This document shows, one piece after another, positions 62,990 through 64,000 of a stretch of 64,000 bases of DNA. This DNA is from Eledone cirrhosa. Its lineage: Eukaryota. The notes under the pieces are model-generated. The model did no database searches and was not told where the DNA came from. It was given only the letters and a program-made list of their open reading frames with translations. The position numbers and the translations under genes were made by a program. The first letter of the stretch is position 1, and each line of letters begins with the position of its first letter. Location of the stretch: NCBI GenBank assembly GCA_964016885.1, contig OZ024742.1:378262001-378326000 (forward strand). The letters run 5' to 3'.

Positions 62990-63110
62990 GCAGCATCAAT
63001 AGCATCAGCAGCAGCATCAACAGAAGCAGCAATATCAGCAACACCAGCATCATCATCAGCAGCAGCAGCAGTAGCATTAGCATCATCACCAGCAACAGCA
63101 ACAGCAGTAA
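62665..63110. repeat. (CAT)n grading into (CAG)n microsatellite
   Basis: Seen directly. Confidence 0.95.
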
Positions 63111-63465
63111 CATTAGTTTCTTCGAGAGTATTTAGAAAGAAATATTCATATTTTCCTTTCTTAAATATGGTGGATGGGCTGGACAAAACATCGTAACATC
63201 ATTTACTACCCTGCCTTTATGTCCAGAGTTCAAATGCAGCCCTACTTAGTGTTGCCTTTTGAGGGCATAAGCGACAGACAACACGTGTAAAATATATTCA
63301 ACACCAGCCAATATAAAATTGAAACCTTGAAAAGCAATACCGGTTAGTGCAAAACTTAATCAAATAATCACTATTTCAGCAAACTCATCCATATTAAAGA
63401 ACAAATTATAATTTAGTTTCTATGAACTGATTTCCTTTCGTTCTGTACTGTAACTTTGCATAACA

Positions 63466-64000
63466 GCCCCCACTTATGCCAACCTAGTCATGGGATACCT
63501 GGAAATCACCCTCTACACTAAAGTACTAAACAAATTTGGAAACACTATCCACCTACACATATAAAGGAACTGGAAGCGATATCTAGACGACTGCTTCATC
63601 CTTTGGTACGAAAACATCGAGAAACTTAAAGAATTTCACACCCTTATAAATGGGCTCAACACGAATATTAACTTCACGATGGAATACAGCCATCAACAAC
63701 TCCCCTTCCTCGACATCCTCATTAAGATCCATAACAAAAAAATAGAAACAGACATATACTACAAGCCCACAGACTCCAAGCAATATCTTCCTTTCAACTC
63801 TTGCCACCCTAGACACGTTAAAATTAATATTCCTTACAACTTAGCCAAGAGAATCTGTACTACAGTCTCCAATAAAAACACCTGCTACTTACGGCTACAA
63901 GAACTAAAGGACACACTCATAGGCAGGGACTACCCTGCATCACTAATTTACAATGGAATCCAACGTGCCCTAAAACTCAGTACCCAGGACCTTAGACACC
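63466..64000 (+). pseudogene. Penelope-like element reverse transcriptase fragment, runs off the window end
   Basis: Hand translation: APTYANLVMGYLE...I*RNWKRYLDDCFILW...FTMEYSHQQLPFLDI...DIYYKPTDSKQYLPFNSCHPRHVKINIP; one in-frame stop. Confidence 0.88.

Overview
Eukaryotic, repeat-dense DNA with no recognisable host gene. The tRNA-type SINE and the microsatellite mix resemble octopus/cephalopod sequence, but this is recognition from memory and unverified. 1-3.4 kb is a 45-bp satellite whose monomer is the A-box head of a SINE that also occurs dispersed in the window. About 3.4-52.6 kb is an almost gap-free array of about 15 non-LTR retrotransposon copies or fragments, nearly all joined through (AAT)n tracts. 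Polarity is strict: every R4/Dong-type element (single ORF, RT+CCHC+restriction-like endonuclease) is on +, and every Tx1-type element (ORF1 zinc knuckle; ORF2 APE+RT+CCHC) is on -. One R4/Dong ORF (32013-35405) is intact. Both families carry candidate spliceosomal introns. In Tx1, the ORF1 stop codon lies inside a GTAAGT donor whose use would fuse ORF1 in frame to an ORF2 whose own ATG is blocked by TAA. In R4/Dong, a GTAAGT...CAG pair brackets the variable 5' UTR, and one truncated copy starts exactly at that acceptor. 52.6-64 kb holds SINEs with TSDs, MITE-like inverted repeats, mini/microsatellites, a perfect 130-bp palindrome and a Penelope-like RT fragment. Splicing claims are inferences from motifs and reading phase only.
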